A stretch of 64,000 nucleotides of DNA from an uncultured Clostridia bacterium (GCA_945927325.1 CAMEMG010000002.1:1489-65488), one strand, 5' to 3'; positions 49,091 through 63,787 are shown, counted from the stretch's first letter. The notes: generated by a model not told the origin, from the sequence alone. Numbers and translations: made by a program.

Positions 49091-49564
49091 ATGACAGAAA
49101 TCAGACAACTCACAACCTACGCACAAAAGGAAAGCTTTCGGGCTATGCTGCTGGATGCCGACCCATGTTGGGAAATGGTGCTCAACTATTTAGGCGGAGA
49201 CATGTATGTATTGTATTATAATGGGCAGCCTGCCGCAGAAGCAGTCGTTTTTTATCGAGAAGACTTTGGCATGCCGGAACTTAAAAATATCTCGGTTTTG
49301 CCTCATTTCCGCCGCCGCGGGCTGGCACAGCATCTGATCAGCCATTTACAGTCGCTGTACAGCGCACAGGCACAAGCCATGTGCGTCGGCACCAGCACCG
49401 TCAGCGATGGGGCGTTGCGGCTATATATCTCCTGTGGCTTCTCTCCCTGGTTTGTAGAGCAGAATTTTTTCACTCGCAATTATCCGGAACCAATCTTTGA
49501 AGAAGATGGCCGTCAATGCATTGATATGCAGTATCTGCGTTGCGACTTACCCCATGTCATGTAA
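49091..49564 (+). CDS. GNAT family acetyltransferase
   Basis: LLDADP, ELKNISV...RRRGLA, VGTS, NYPEPIFE. Confidence 0.82.
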   Translation: MTEIRQLTTYAQKESFRAMLLDADPCWEMVLNYLGGDMYVLYYNGQPAAEAVVFYREDFGMPELKNISVLPHFRRRGLAQHLISHLQSLYSAQAQAMCVGTSTVSDGALRLYISCGFSPWFVEQNFFTRNYPEPIFEEDGRQCIDMQYLRCDLPHVM

Positions 49565-49707
49565 ATTGCAAGACGTTTATCGTTTATCATCTTCTATTTT
49601 TAAGAAAGCGCCCATCGAAGAAGTGCTTTCTCCAAAACCAGGATATAAAAAAAGCATTGCAAGCTGTGAAATGCCCACAACTCTGCAACGCTTTTTTAAT
49701 GTTGCTT

Positions 49708-50190
49708 TTAAACTCTTTCATAGACACAAAAGGTATATGCAATATCATTTTCCCGCATTATTTCACTTTGTTCCGTTAATTTCCATTCCGGTAGTGCATC
49801 CAAATCTTGGAAGTAAGTATCTGCCGGAAATGTTGCCTGAATTTTTGTCAGATACACCTTCTGTGCATACGGCAGCATCAGGCGATAAATTTCTCCGCCG
49901 CCAATGACAAATATCTCTTCTGCCGCCTTTCCTCGCAATACCTGTTGCAGCTCTTCCGGTGTATGCACTACCATTACACCTTCCGCCTGGTATTCTTTTC
50001 TGGAAAGAACAATATTTTCGCGATGCTTCAATGCACCACCGGGCAGGCTTTCAAATGTTTTGCGCCCCATGATAATCGTTTTGTGCAACGTCATTTTACG
50101 AAAATATTTCATATCTCCGGGCAAATGCGTCAATAATCCGCCCTGGTATCCTATTCCCCAATTTTCATCTGCCGCTAAAATCAGATTCAT
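49708..50190 (-). CDS. folA: Dihydrofolate reductase
   Basis: IMGRKTFESLP, RENIVLSR, FVIGGGEIY, ADTYF. Confidence 0.93.
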   Translation of the reverse strand: MNLILAADENWGIGYQGGLLTHLPGDMKYFRKMTLHKTIIMGRKTFESLPGGALKHRENIVLSRKEYQAEGVMVVHTPEELQQVLRGKAAEEIFVIGGGEIYRLMLPYAQKVYLTKIQATFPADTYFQDLDALPEWKLTEQSEIMRENDIAYTFCVYERV

Positions 50191-50200
50191 TTTTTACCTC

Positions 50201-51037
50201 TCAAATCGCTACCGGAATTTTGCCTACCCCTTTCAGGCTTTGATAATCTTCCAGATAGACATTTTCCGTATTAAATGCATAAAAATCCGTAATACCTTCC
50301 TCAATAACCAGTTTTGGCGCCGGCATGCATTCGTTTTCCCTTTCCAGCAGTTTTTCTACAATAGGTATATGTCGGTCATATATATGTGCATCGGCAATGA
50401 CATGCAACAATTCCCCGGCTTCTAGCCCGCACGCCCGAGCGATCATGGACATCAGCGCTGCATATTGGCAGACATTCCAGCCGTTAGCAGTCAACATATC
50501 CTGAGAACGCTGATTCAAGATACAGTTCAATGTTTTTCCGCTGACATTAAATGTCATGCTGTAAGCACAGGGATATAACTGCATCGCATGAAGATCCTCA
50601 TGATTATAAAGATTTGTCAGAATACGCCGGCTTTGAGGATTATGTTTCAGGTCAAATAACACCCGATCCACCTGATCAAACATTCCTTCGCGATACTGAT
50701 GTTTGACACCCAACTGGTATCCGTAAGCCTTGCCAATCGTTCCCTGCTCATCTGCCCATTGATCCCAAATATGGCTGTGCAGATCGGCAATGCGATTGGA
50801 TTTTTTCTGCCAAATCCAGAAAATCTCATCCAGAGCCGCTTTGAAATTGATTTTGCGCACTGTCAACATGGGAAATTCCTCTCTCAAATCATAACGATTG
50901 ACAATGCCGAACAATTTAATGGTATGCGCCGGTTGGCCATCTTCCCACTTTGGCCGCACAGGAAAATCTTTATCCCATACTCCATTTTTTAAAATATCGC
51001 GACAATTCTGTAAAAAAATCGTATCTGCACGGCTCAT
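50201..51037 (-). CDS. thyA: Thymidylate synthase
   Basis: IGKAYGYQL, SRRI, LYPC, QRSQD, DAHIY. Confidence 0.93.
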   Translation of the reverse strand: MSRADTIFLQNCRDILKNGVWDKDFPVRPKWEDGQPAHTIKLFGIVNRYDLREEFPMLTVRKINFKAALDEIFWIWQKKSNRIADLHSHIWDQWADEQGTIGKAYGYQLGVKHQYREGMFDQVDRVLFDLKHNPQSRRILTNLYNHEDLHAMQLYPCAYSMTFNVSGKTLNCILNQRSQDMLTANGWNVCQYAALMSMIARACGLEAGELLHVIADAHIYDRHIPIVEKLLERENECMPAPKLVIEEGITDFYAFNTENVYLEDYQSLKGVGKIPVAI

Positions 51038-51189
51038 ATATCTTCCTCCTTTTCGTATATTTTCTATTATAACGTAATTTACTCTATTTTTCACCCTTCT
51101 TTTATTCTTTCTCCCATCCTTCTTTTTCCTTTCGCATTTTTTGCCGCTTTATGGTATGATAAAGGCACCAAGGAACAAGGAGTAAGTTT

Positions 51190-52146
51190 ATGCATCAGAA
51201 ACGACCGGTGCGGCATACCCGCCCCGCTTCTTTAGAGCCACAACCCCGGCGCTATGATCGCCGACAAGCCAATTCACCTCTCATCCAGCGGAATCATACC
51301 CGTTCATTCCGGCGCAGACAAAAAAGGAAACAATGGCCTGTTTATGTTTTGACTGCCGCAGCAGTTCTATTGTTATGTACGATTTTAGCCTTATTGATTT
51401 TCCCCGGAAAACAAACCACAATACCTGTTGACGCCCAACAACATTCCTCTGAACTGCAGTCACAGCCTTCCTTGCTTCCGCCCAATTCTTCAGATATTGC
51501 TTCGCAGGTAAATGCTGAATGGGAACACGCCTATCAAACTGCTTCACAGATCAAATTGGTTAATTTTGATCATCCCAATTACAAAGATCCCGATGACCTG
51601 ATCTCTCTGGAGGGATTACTCCCAAAATCAGTCACCATCAATGCCGGCGCAACTCTTTTGGCAGAACCTGCCGCACATGCGCTTAAAGAATTGTTTGAAG
51701 CCGCTGAAGCCGATGGCATTACTACATTCATTGTCAACAGTGCTTATCGCGATCGGGCGACACAACAAAGCTTCTGGGACAATCGAATTGCCCAGGATCC
51801 TTCTTACGGAGATGATGTTTATGCCAATCCCGTCAAAACCGTACCTGCAACAGCCAGCGAACATTGCACCGGTCTGGCAGTAGATATTCTCTGCGATTCC
51901 GTCCCGCATGGTACCGCCGATTATAAAGATACTCAGGAAGCCCAATGGCTGGCCGCCAATGCGCATCTTTATGGCTTTATTCTGCGCTATCCGGAAGGAA
52001 AGCAATCGGTAACCGGCGTTATGTTTGAGCCATGGCACTATCGCTATGTGGGGAAAGAAGCCGCTTCCGATATTTATGCCAGCGGCCTTTGCCTGGAAGA
52101 GTATCTGGCGTCTTTTCACTTACCCTTGGAAGAAAGTGATTCTTAA
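51190..52146 (+). CDS. M15B (VanY/LdcB-like) carboxypeptidase, membrane anchored
   Basis: TM, SAYR, SEHCTGLAVD, GFILRYP, EPWHYRYVG. Confidence 0.88.
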   Translation: MHQKRPVRHTRPASLEPQPRRYDRRQANSPLIQRNHTRSFRRRQKRKQWPVYVLTAAAVLLLCTILALLIFPGKQTTIPVDAQQHSSELQSQPSLLPPNSSDIASQVNAEWEHAYQTASQIKLVNFDHPNYKDPDDLISLEGLLPKSVTINAGATLLAEPAAHALKELFEAAEADGITTFIVNSAYRDRATQQSFWDNRIAQDPSYGDDVYANPVKTVPATASEHCTGLAVDILCDSVPHGTADYKDTQEAQWLAANAHLYGFILRYPEGKQSVTGVMFEPWHYRYVGKEAASDIYASGLCLEEYLASFHLPLEESDS

Positions 52147-52254
52147 AACAGTTGTTTTCTGCTGCCCATATACGGAAAATTCCGCATATGGGCATATTTT
52201 TTTCTTTCTCTATGATACAATGGAGGTAGAATCCACCAAAGGAGGTCGATACCC

Positions 52255-53397
52255 ATGCAATATCTGCGGCGCCTGATGGCATTATTGCTCTGCATTCTAT
52301 TGTGTATTCCCACCCTGGCCAGCTCCGCTGCCCTCTTGCCGGATGCAAAAGCAAACCTTGTTCTTACCGGAGATATCATGTGTCTGGCCGGGCAGCTAAG
52401 CGCAGCCAAAGTAAATGGCGGATGGGATTTTGATTATGCATTTTCCGGCATTTCTCCCATCCTGCAAGGTGCAGATTTTGCCATAGGCAATCTGGAAGTT
52501 CCTCTGGCCGGCGCTGACCGCGGCGTGACTGCTTATCATCAGGAAGGAGATCCCATTCTCAATGCGCCCGACGAATTTGCGGATGCTGTAGCCGCAGCCG
52601 GATTCGACATGGTTGTCACTGCCAATAATCACGCTTTTGACATGGGAGATACCGGACGTGAGCGCACGCTCCAGCAGCTGGATCTACGCGGCATTTATCA
52701 CAGCGGGACCTATACTTCCTCTTATATGCAATGCAATACACCAATTATTGAAATCAACGGCATTTCGGTAGCAATTCTCTCCTATACGCAATTTGTCAAT
52801 ACCGGTACGGATGCTTACAAAAAAAGTGGTCAGCTTTACAAAATGAATCTGTTGGATTTAGCGCAAATCCAGCAGGATATTGCCGACGCAAAGGAACGGC
52901 ATGCAGAATTTGTTTTACTCTATGTTCATTGGGGAAGCGAAAATACCAACACTCCCAACGCTTATCAATTGGAGATGGCACAGCAACTGGCAGATTTGGG
53001 CGCCGATGCAATTATCGGGAGCCACGCCCATGCCATACAACCGGCAGAATATCTCACTGCGGCAGACGGCAGAAAGGTGTTTTGTATTTATTCCATGGGC
53101 AATTTCATTTCCAGTATGCCACGCGAGATCAACCAGGATGCGCTATTGCTTAATTTGCTTCTGGTGCGCGCAAAAGGAAAAGTAAGCTTAGAACAAGTTT
53201 CTTATATGTGTGTTACAGGCGGCACCCGGGAGGGCAAACAATTCGCTGCTTTGCCCTCCCGCCTTACCCTGCAGGCTAATCATCAAGTAAGTAAAATGCA
53301 GGCTTCTATTCAGCGTATTAATGCTATTCTTGCATCTGTCATTACAGAAGAAACCTGCTTTTTTTACGCAGATTATGGAGATTTTTATGGAGAATAA
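52255..53397 (+). CDS. CapA family (PGA_cap) metallophosphoesterase
   Basis: Signal peptide, TGDIM, NLE, TANNHAFD, HWGSE, GSHAH, YSMGNF. Confidence 0.88.
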   Translation: MQYLRRLMALLLCILLCIPTLASSAALLPDAKANLVLTGDIMCLAGQLSAAKVNGGWDFDYAFSGISPILQGADFAIGNLEVPLAGADRGVTAYHQEGDPILNAPDEFADAVAAAGFDMVVTANNHAFDMGDTGRERTLQQLDLRGIYHSGTYTSSYMQCNTPIIEINGISVAILSYTQFVNTGTDAYKKSGQLYKMNLLDLAQIQQDIADAKERHAEFVLLYVHWGSENTNTPNAYQLEMAQQLADLGADAIIGSHAHAIQPAEYLTAADGRKVFCIYSMGNFISSMPREINQDALLLNLLLVRAKGKVSLEQVSYMCVTGGTREGKQFAALPSRLTLQANHQVSKMQASIQRINAILASVITEETCFFYADYGDFYGE

Positions 53398-53911
53398 ATC
53401 ATTTTGTCGCTGTAGTTGGGTCAAAGATGCCCTGCTTCTTGACTATCACGATACGATATATGGCCGTCGCCGCCAGACAGACCACCAGCTTTTTGCCAAG
53501 CTTTGCCTGGAAGGATTCCAGGCAGGGCTTTCCTGGCGTACTGTATTAGCCAAACAACCTGCCTTTGAGCAGGTGTTCGCGGAATTCAATCCACAGATTT
53601 GCGCCACTTTGGAAGATGCTTATCTGGATTCCCTGATGCTGAATCCTTTCATCATCCGCAATTGCCGCAAAATTTATGCAGTACGCAGCAACGCCCGGGC
53701 GCTATTGCAGCATTATGCGAAGCCAAATTCTTTTTATGAACTGGTCTATAGCGGTATTTCCCCACAGGCGTTGAGCCTGCTGCTCAAAAAACAGGGCTTT
53801 TCTTTTTGTGGCCCTACCATCTGCGAATCCTTCCTCATGAGCGTCGGTGCCATGGAAGCGCACGAGCCGCAATGCTATCTATATGGCGCATGGCTTTCTG
53901 CTGGCAGATAA
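53387..53911 (+). CDS. tag: DNA-3-methyladenine glycosylase I
   Basis: RCSW, YHD, LEGFQAGLSW, IIRN..KI, GFSFCGPT, H...C. Confidence 0.85.
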   Translation: MENKSFCRCSWVKDALLLDYHDTIYGRRRQTDHQLFAKLCLEGFQAGLSWRTVLAKQPAFEQVFAEFNPQICATLEDAYLDSLMLNPFIIRNCRKIYAVRSNARALLQHYAKPNSFYELVYSGISPQALSLLLKKQGFSFCGPTICESFLMSVGAMEAHEPQCYLYGAWLSAGR

Positions 53912-54084
53912 TCTTTTTACAGCTCCGGACCAATCCCTTTACTTGACTATAAAAGTACATATATTATATAATAGAAATGTTGAGTTTTATGCGTTTTTCC
54001 ACGTAAACAGCATATCAATGAAATTCATTTTCAATTAGCTGACTCGGTTTTGATCATATGTTGCCTGAGAACGGCCCTGATTAA

Positions 54085-57642
<3,558 letters not shown>

Positions 57643-57655
57643 ATCATTTAATTTC

Positions 57656-57688
57656 AAAAAAGCTATTCGCAATGCGAATAGCTTTTTT
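57656..57688 (+). terminator. Intrinsic terminator of nifJ
   Basis: AAAAAAGCTATTCGCA-A-TGCGAATAGCTTTTTT. Confidence 0.8.
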
Positions 57689-57858
57689 CTTTCTACCTGT
57701 TCATTAAGTAAAGAAAAATGATTTCCTAATACCACATACCACGCAAGTAATATATCTTCCAAATGTTTCTTATAAAAAGAACACCTGTACTTTACAGGTG
57801 TTCTTTTATTTCTTATTATACATCCCATAAACTCATATAGTTGTTAAATTTCCCAACA

Positions 57859-58689
57859 TCATTTATTCAAGCGCATCACTGTACAATGTACCTTTCCATC
57901 CAGAATCGACTCCAAATCATATTTTGCATTGGCAATGATTACTTCCGTTCCATTCTCAATTGCCTGTTTTGCATAAATCAACTTTGCCTTAGCGCCATTG
58001 GCTCCCACGCGCGATGCCCCTTTACAGTAAGTAATCGCCTCATCGATTTTTGCTTCCAGTTCCTGTACCGTCTGTCCGCTGATTTCCTCAATCAGCGTAG
58101 AAGGATCCTGTACATCCCGGTAAATACCATCTGCAGAAGTCAATATGACCAGCTTCTTTGCACCAACCAGCGTTGCGACGACTGCTGCCGTTTCATCGTT
58201 GTCGACACATTCCACAACCGCCGAGCTTTCTTTCCGCAATGCAGCAATCTCCATACGGCGCGTTTCTTCATCACTTAATGGATCGTTATAATTGACAATC
58301 GGAATTGCATTCTGATTAGCCGCCCGATAAAAAAATCTCCGCAAATGTTCTGCCTTTTCCTTATCATTAAAATGTGTATGTTCTACCAACACCTGCCGTA
58401 CCGAATATTTGGGATCTACAAACTGTCGATAAAGCGACATCAAAATTGCCTGCCCCTGTGCAGAATAATCAGTCTTTATCTCTTCCAAATCCCCACGAAG
58501 TTCGCTTCCCGTACGGTGCAGATAATCAATCCGTCCAATCTCTGTAGCACCGGAGCTCACCAAAATATATCCGGGGCGCAAAGCTCTGGCCAGGTTGCAA
58601 ATGCGATTATAATCAATATCATTGGCCTCTTCCTGTATCATCGCCATGGACCCGATTTTTACTACCACATCAAAATTAAGATTTTTCAC
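57859..58689 (-). CDS. Glutamate 5-kinase-like amino acid kinase (no PUA domain)
   Basis: VVKIGS, LVSSGA, AQGQ, IPIVNYND, DNDETAA, LTSADG; GTG start. Confidence 0.75.
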   Translation of the reverse strand: MKNLNFDVVVKIGSMAMIQEEANDIDYNRICNLARALRPGYILVSSGATEIGRIDYLHRTGSELRGDLEEIKTDYSAQGQAILMSLYRQFVDPKYSVRQVLVEHTHFNDKEKAEHLRRFFYRAANQNAIPIVNYNDPLSDEETRRMEIAALRKESSAVVECVDNDETAAVVATLVGAKKLVILTSADGIYRDVQDPSTLIEEISGQTVQELEAKIDEAITYCKGASRVGANGAKAKLIYAKQAIENGTEVIIANAKYDLESILDGKVHCTVMRLNK

Positions 58690-58824
58690 GTTTTCTCCTC
58701 CGGTACCTAACTGCTCCCCTTGTGTAATCGTCTCAATTATACTATTCTATGCTTTCGGAAGCAACCGCCTTTTATAAAAAAGTGCCGCACAAGACGTGCG
58801 GCACTGCTTACCTGTTGCGTATCT

Positions 58825-60669
58825 TTAGAAATTATTCCGATCCATAAAATCAGAAGATTTATTGATCCGTTTAGGCATTGCAGGTTTTTCTCTTCTTCTC
58901 TGAGGGAATTCTTCCAGCTCAGGCTTATTTTCTTCTTCCTGAGTCGGCTGTATTTCCGGATATTCCGCCTGTTCTTCCTGGATGCCCACCTGCTCTATTT
59001 CCAATTGCTCGGCAGACGGCTGATAGCGATGCTCCGGCTCTGTTTCCTGCTCTTCAAAATCAGGTTTCCCGGATATATGCTCAAAAGTACCTGCCGATTC
59101 CGCTGTACGTTGCACCGGAGTCCGTTCAACTGCCCGGCGCATTACTCTTCTGGCCTGCAATTCACGCTCCTGCTCCTGTGCTTTCTTCTCTTTATTAATC
59201 AGTACCAATAGAGTGATACCACCGCCAATCAGCAAAAGTACGATGATGATAATAATCCAAATCAATGCACCCAGCCCGTTGGATTTCTTTCCATTTACTT
59301 CTACTTCAATGGCATTAGCCGAGACCACCACAGTATAACCGTCAGGGTCTACCGCAGTCATTTTAAAATAATAAGTTGTATCCTGCTCCAGTTCCTTTTC
59401 CAACTGATAATTATAATCGTAACTGCTTTCACCCGGATACAGCATGCTGATGGTATTCAGCCCCAATTCACCAATCGTGTCTTCCGTCAGTTTTACATCT
59501 GTGAAAATGCTGTCGCTATCATTTTTAATCGTCAGTTTAAACTTGAGCAGATTGTTCTTCTTATATTCCGAAGTATCTACTGTTACTACCAGAGAAAGCT
59601 TCCCTGTATAATCTTCTGCCGGTTTTTCCTGTACCACAATATCTACCATATTAGAAGTATAGGTATATTTTTCTCCATTCTCATCTTCCGCTGTCAGCGT
59701 AAAGGAAATCATACCGCTTTCTTCCAACGTAATCGGGAAAGTTGCTTCCAACGTTCCTTCTGCCGGCAATCTGGTACTGGTAAGCGGAACGTTCTCCCCA
59801 TTGGAAGCAGTAAGCAGCAAGTTCTGCAGATCCACATTACCGCTGTTATTCATGGAAATCGTAAATGTGATTTCCTCATCTGCTGCAGGATAAGCATTGG
59901 AAACAGAAGCCAGCACGGTCATGGCCACTTCATTTACCTGAATCGTAAGTGTTTCCATGTTTTTTGTATAAGTCTTACCATCTGCCGTATAAGTCAATAC
60001 CGGTTCGATAGGCGTCGTCTCATTGATTGTAGCCGTATAGGTAATCACTTTGCTGTCCCCAGCTTCTACCGAAAAGGCACTGCTGATCGGGTTGCCCTTA
60101 TTCAGTTCACTGGCAGTAATCTTTGCATTTTCAATTTTTACATTACCTTTGTTTTCAATTGCAAAAGTCAGCTTCACTTTGCTGCCGCTGGCAACTTCTG
60201 TGCTATCTGCCTTAACTGCGGTGGATACACTGACAGAAGCAGCTTTTTTGGCAACTTTAAAGGAACTTTTTTTGCTCTTCTGCTCGCCATTAAAGGTATA
60301 TTGCAGTTCTACTTCAATATCTTTATCCAGCTTATCCGCAGAGACATTATAGGCATTCTTATAGTTTTCCGAAGCCCCTGCTGCCATGGTACCGTAATCA
60401 GCAACCGTACTCCCGCCTACTTTCAGTTTAACATTCTGAATTTCACTGCCACTGTTTGTGATCGCAATATCCAGTGTTACATCTCCACCACTTACCATTG
60501 AAGTGGGCGAATAGCTTTTGATTGCCAGATTGACATTTTCCACCGCTTCTGATCCGGGATCTTCCGTTCCAGGATCTGTTTCCGTCGCAAATACCGTCAT
60601 CGGAAGCGCTGTTAACATTAAACAGATGAGTGTCATCCATGCAAGCAGAAAAGATAATGCTTTTTTCAT
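58825..60669 (-). CDS. Surface protein with tandem Ig-like (CARDB/DUF11-like) domains, TM and acidic cytoplasmic tail
   Basis: Signal peptide; repeated xTxxIxNxGxxxxxN beta motifs; LIWIIIIIVLLLIGGG TM; E/Q-rich C-terminus. Confidence 0.7.
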   Translation of the reverse strand: MKKALSFLLAWMTLICLMLTALPMTVFATETDPGTEDPGSEAVENVNLAIKSYSPTSMVSGGDVTLDIAITNSGSEIQNVKLKVGGSTVADYGTMAAGASENYKNAYNVSADKLDKDIEVELQYTFNGEQKSKKSSFKVAKKAASVSVSTAVKADSTEVASGSKVKLTFAIENKGNVKIENAKITASELNKGNPISSAFSVEAGDSKVITYTATINETTPIEPVLTYTADGKTYTKNMETLTIQVNEVAMTVLASVSNAYPAADEEITFTISMNNSGNVDLQNLLLTASNGENVPLTSTRLPAEGTLEATFPITLEESGMISFTLTAEDENGEKYTYTSNMVDIVVQEKPAEDYTGKLSLVVTVDTSEYKKNNLLKFKLTIKNDSDSIFTDVKLTEDTIGELGLNTISMLYPGESSYDYNYQLEKELEQDTTYYFKMTAVDPDGYTVVVSANAIEVEVNGKKSNGLGALIWIIIIIVLLLIGGGITLLVLINKEKKAQEQERELQARRVMRRAVERTPVQRTAESAGTFEHISGKPDFEEQETEPEHRYQPSAEQLEIEQVGIQEEQAEYPEIQPTQEEENKPELEEFPQRRREKPAMPKRINKSSDFMDRNNF

Positions 60670-60824
60670 AAGAACCTCCAACTTTTTGAAGTTGTTACAT
60701 ATATTGATTTGTAATTGTATACCGTAAAACTATCGCTATTATATACCCTTTGTAAACCCAGTTTAAACAAAGAGAGCGCGTTCTGTCAAACTTCCGCCTG
60801 GTAATTTTACAAAACTTTCATTTA

Positions 60825-61463
60825 TTATATATCCAGAATTGCATATTCCTGCTGCAAAAATTCCGGGCGCACACTGCCCGCCGAAATTTCAGCCAACAGT
60901 TTTTCCAGCCGCTGCCCTGCTTTCGGTGGTATCTGCAACTGTACAGACACCATATCGGTATATGCCACATCGCAAATCCGATATCCATTGCCCAACAGCT
61001 GTGCTTCCGCTTTGCCCCACAGGCGAAAAGGCAGAACTATCTGATAGACTTCTACCGGCTGATATGCGATCTTATGAGCAGCCTTCACCGCTTCCGACAC
61101 GCTGGAAGTATACGCCCGCACCAGTCCGCCAGCCCCCAGCAACGTTCCGCCGAAATATCGTGTTACAACCGCCAATACATTGACCAGCCCACTTTTCTTG
61201 AGCGCTTCCAGCATCGGGACCCCTGCAGTTCCCTGAGGCTCTCCATCATCACTGCAGCGACTCAATTCTCCCATCTTCCCAATTACATAGGCGCTGCAGT
61301 TATGGGATGCATCCCAATACTTCTTTTTACAGTCATCCACAATGGTCTGAGCTTCTTCCGGTGTTTGCACCGGAAAAAGCCTGCCATAGAATTTTGACTT
61401 CTTAATGACCTGCAACACCTCACAGGGTTCTTTAATCGTAGTATATGCCCGAAAATCCTGCAT
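60825..61463 (-). CDS. YigZ/IMPACT family protein
   Basis: IKKSKF, ASHNCSAY, SDDGEPQGTAG, TRYFGGTLLGAGGL. Confidence 0.92.
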   Translation of the reverse strand: MQDFRAYTTIKEPCEVLQVIKKSKFYGRLFPVQTPEEAQTIVDDCKKKYWDASHNCSAYVIGKMGELSRCSDDGEPQGTAGVPMLEALKKSGLVNVLAVVTRYFGGTLLGAGGLVRAYTSSVSEAVKAAHKIAYQPVEVYQIVLPFRLWGKAEAQLLGNGYRICDVAYTDMVSVQLQIPPKAGQRLEKLLAEISAGSVRPEFLQQEYAILDI

Positions 61464-62701
61464 CAGTCGATTACAATCACTTTATGGAAGCCCTTTTTGC
61501 CTTTACGCAGCATAATGGATCCTTCCTGTATATCTGCCTGCGAAAGTTCCTGGAATTCATCTTCCACTTTCTGACCATTGACATAAATTCCGCCGCCGCT
61601 GATCAGGCGCCGTCCTTCACCACGGGATTTTGTCAGACCCGTTTTAGTCAACATATCAATCACAAGCTTGCTCTGTTCCAATTCTGCCAAGGTAACCTGC
61701 GTAGAAGGCATCGCCGCATCTTCTCCACCGCCGGAGAACAGAGCTCTGGCTGCAGCCATTGCTTTGGTAGCCTCTTCTTCTCCATGTACCTGACGCGTAA
61801 TCTCAAATGCCAAGCGTTCTTTCGCCTCATTGATTTTTGCATCTTTCAGGCTGCCCAGCCGCTCCACTTCCTCCATCGGCAGGAATGTCAGCAACGCCAG
61901 GCAGTTCTTCACATCCGCATCATCCACATTTCTCCAATACTGGAAGAACTGGTAGGGGCTGGTTTTCTCAGGATCCAGCCACAGCGCGCCGCCTTCCGTT
62001 TTGCCCATTTTTTTACCATCGCTCTTCAGCAGCAGTTTAAATGTCAGGCCATAGGCTTCTTTCTGCTCTTTTCTGCGGATCAGGTCTGCTCCTGCCAGAA
62101 TATTGCTCCACTGGTCATCGCCACCCAATTCCAGCTTACAGCCATAACGGCGGTTCAATTCCAAAAAGTCGTATGCCTGCATCAGCATATAGTTAAATTC
62201 CAAAAAGGTCAGACCTTTTTCCATTCTGCGCTTATAGCACTCAGCCGTCAGCATGCGGTTAACCGAGAAATGTGCTCCTACTTCCCGCAGAAAATCGATA
62301 TAATTCAGCGGGCGCAGCCATTCCCCATTATCCACCATAATAGCTCCATTCGGCTTATCTTCTGAAAAATCCAGGAATTTACCAATCTGCTTACGAAACT
62401 GTGCCACATTATGATCGATGGTTTCAGTTGTCAGCATTTTGCGCATATCAGTCTTACCGGAGGGATCGCCTACCATGCCGGTGCCGCCACCCAACAGCAC
62501 AATCGGTCTATGCCCGGCCTGCTGCATATGTGCCATTGCCATCAGAGCCACAAAATGCCCTACATGAAGGCTGTCAGCCGTAGGGTCAAATCCAATATAG
62601 AAGCTAACTTTTTCCTTGCCCAGCAATTCCTCAAGGCCTTCATGCGTAATCTGTTTGATAAATCCACGCTCTGTCAGCGTTTGAAATACATTTTTTTCCA
62701 T
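61463..62701 (-). CDS. tyrS: Tyrosine--tRNA ligase
   Basis: [39 protein letters not shown]-terminal S4 domain. Confidence 0.96.
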   Translation of the reverse strand: MEKNVFQTLTERGFIKQITHEGLEELLGKEKVSFYIGFDPTADSLHVGHFVALMAMAHMQQAGHRPIVLLGGGTGMVGDPSGKTDMRKMLTTETIDHNVAQFRKQIGKFLDFSEDKPNGAIMVDNGEWLRPLNYIDFLREVGAHFSVNRMLTAECYKRRMEKGLTFLEFNYMLMQAYDFLELNRRYGCKLELGGDDQWSNILAGADLIRRKEQKEAYGLTFKLLLKSDGKKMGKTEGGALWLDPEKTSPYQFFQYWRNVDDADVKNCLALLTFLPMEEVERLGSLKDAKINEAKERLAFEITRQVHGEEEATKAMAAARALFSGGGEDAAMPSTQVTLAELEQSKLVIDMLTKTGLTKSRGEGRRLISGGGIYVNGQKVEDEFQELSQADIQEGSIMLRKGKKGFHKVIVID

Positions 62702-63083
62702 TGGTGATCCTTTCAAATCAAAATTTGTCATTTGTTTTCTATATGGTATATCTTTTTACAGATGATTTCCTCCATATGCCCGGGCAGCTTTGCCCATATA
62801 ACATGCCCCCTTTTAGCCACGCCACTTTCGCAAAAAACGGCATAACTATACATCATAAATACCTATATTATTATATATTTCTTTGTATCTTCCATCAAGA
62901 GATATTTGCATTGTTTCACTGCAGAACCCCTATATTTCATGAGTTTTTTTGCAAAATCCCTTTTATTCCCCGTTTTACACTGGTATAATAAGTGTGTATA
63001 TCATTCATCACATTGCAATTCATTCCATAAAATTCGCCGTTTCGGCGTCTTGATGGATGCAATATTTTAAGGAGGACATTTTC

Positions 63084-63776
63084 ATGCAATTTTCCAAAGA
63101 AGTGGAAGAAATGGTATGTGTCAAAAAAGGCCCCCATCATGGCCCCGCACCCATTCCTGAAGAAGGCAAATGGGTAAAGGCTACTCAGATCACGGATATC
63201 TCCGGCCTTACACACGGTGTTGGTTGGTGCGCTCCTCAGCAGGGTGCCTGCAAGCTGACTCTTAATGTTAAAAATGGTGTAATTGAAGAAGCTCTGATCG
63301 AGACGCTGGGTTGCTCTGGCATGACTCACTCTGCAGCAATGGCTGCCGAAATCCTTACCGGAAAGACGATTCTGGAAGCACTCAATACCGACCTCGTCTG
63401 CGACGCGATCAACACCGCTATGCGCGAACTGTTTCTGCAGATTGTTTACGGCCGTACTCAGACTGCTTTTTCCGAAAACGGTTTGCCGGTAGGCGCTGGT
63501 CTGGAGGACTTGGGCAAAGGGCTCAGAAGCCAGGTTGGTACTATGTATGGCACCAATGCCAAGGGCGTCCGCTATCTGGAAATGGCTGAGGGCTACTGCC
63601 TGGAAATGGGCCTCGATGAAGACGGATTGGTAATTGGTTATAAATTCGTACATCTCGGCAAGATGATGGAAGCCATCAAAAAAGGCGTAGATCCCAAAGA
63701 AGCTTACGAGAAGAACATCGGCACCTATGGCAGATACGATGAAGCGGTCAAGTATATCGACCCCAGAAAGGCTTAA
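63084..63776 (+). CDS. IscU/NifU-like scaffold-domain protein associated with the GGGtGRT gene
   Basis: HGVGWCAPQQGAC, GCSGMTHS, LVCDAIN. Confidence 0.8.
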   Translation: MQFSKEVEEMVCVKKGPHHGPAPIPEEGKWVKATQITDISGLTHGVGWCAPQQGACKLTLNVKNGVIEEALIETLGCSGMTHSAAMAAEILTGKTILEALNTDLVCDAINTAMRELFLQIVYGRTQTAFSENGLPVGAGLEDLGKGLRSQVGTMYGTNAKGVRYLEMAEGYCLEMGLDEDGLVIGYKFVHLGKMMEAIKKGVDPKEAYEKNIGTYGRYDEAVKYIDPRKA

Positions 63777-63787
63777 GGAGGGATATC

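Noticed and set aside
51190-52146. Vancomycin resistance gene (vanY)
   Set aside because: No vanHAX or vanRS nearby; a housekeeping M15 peptidase is more likely.
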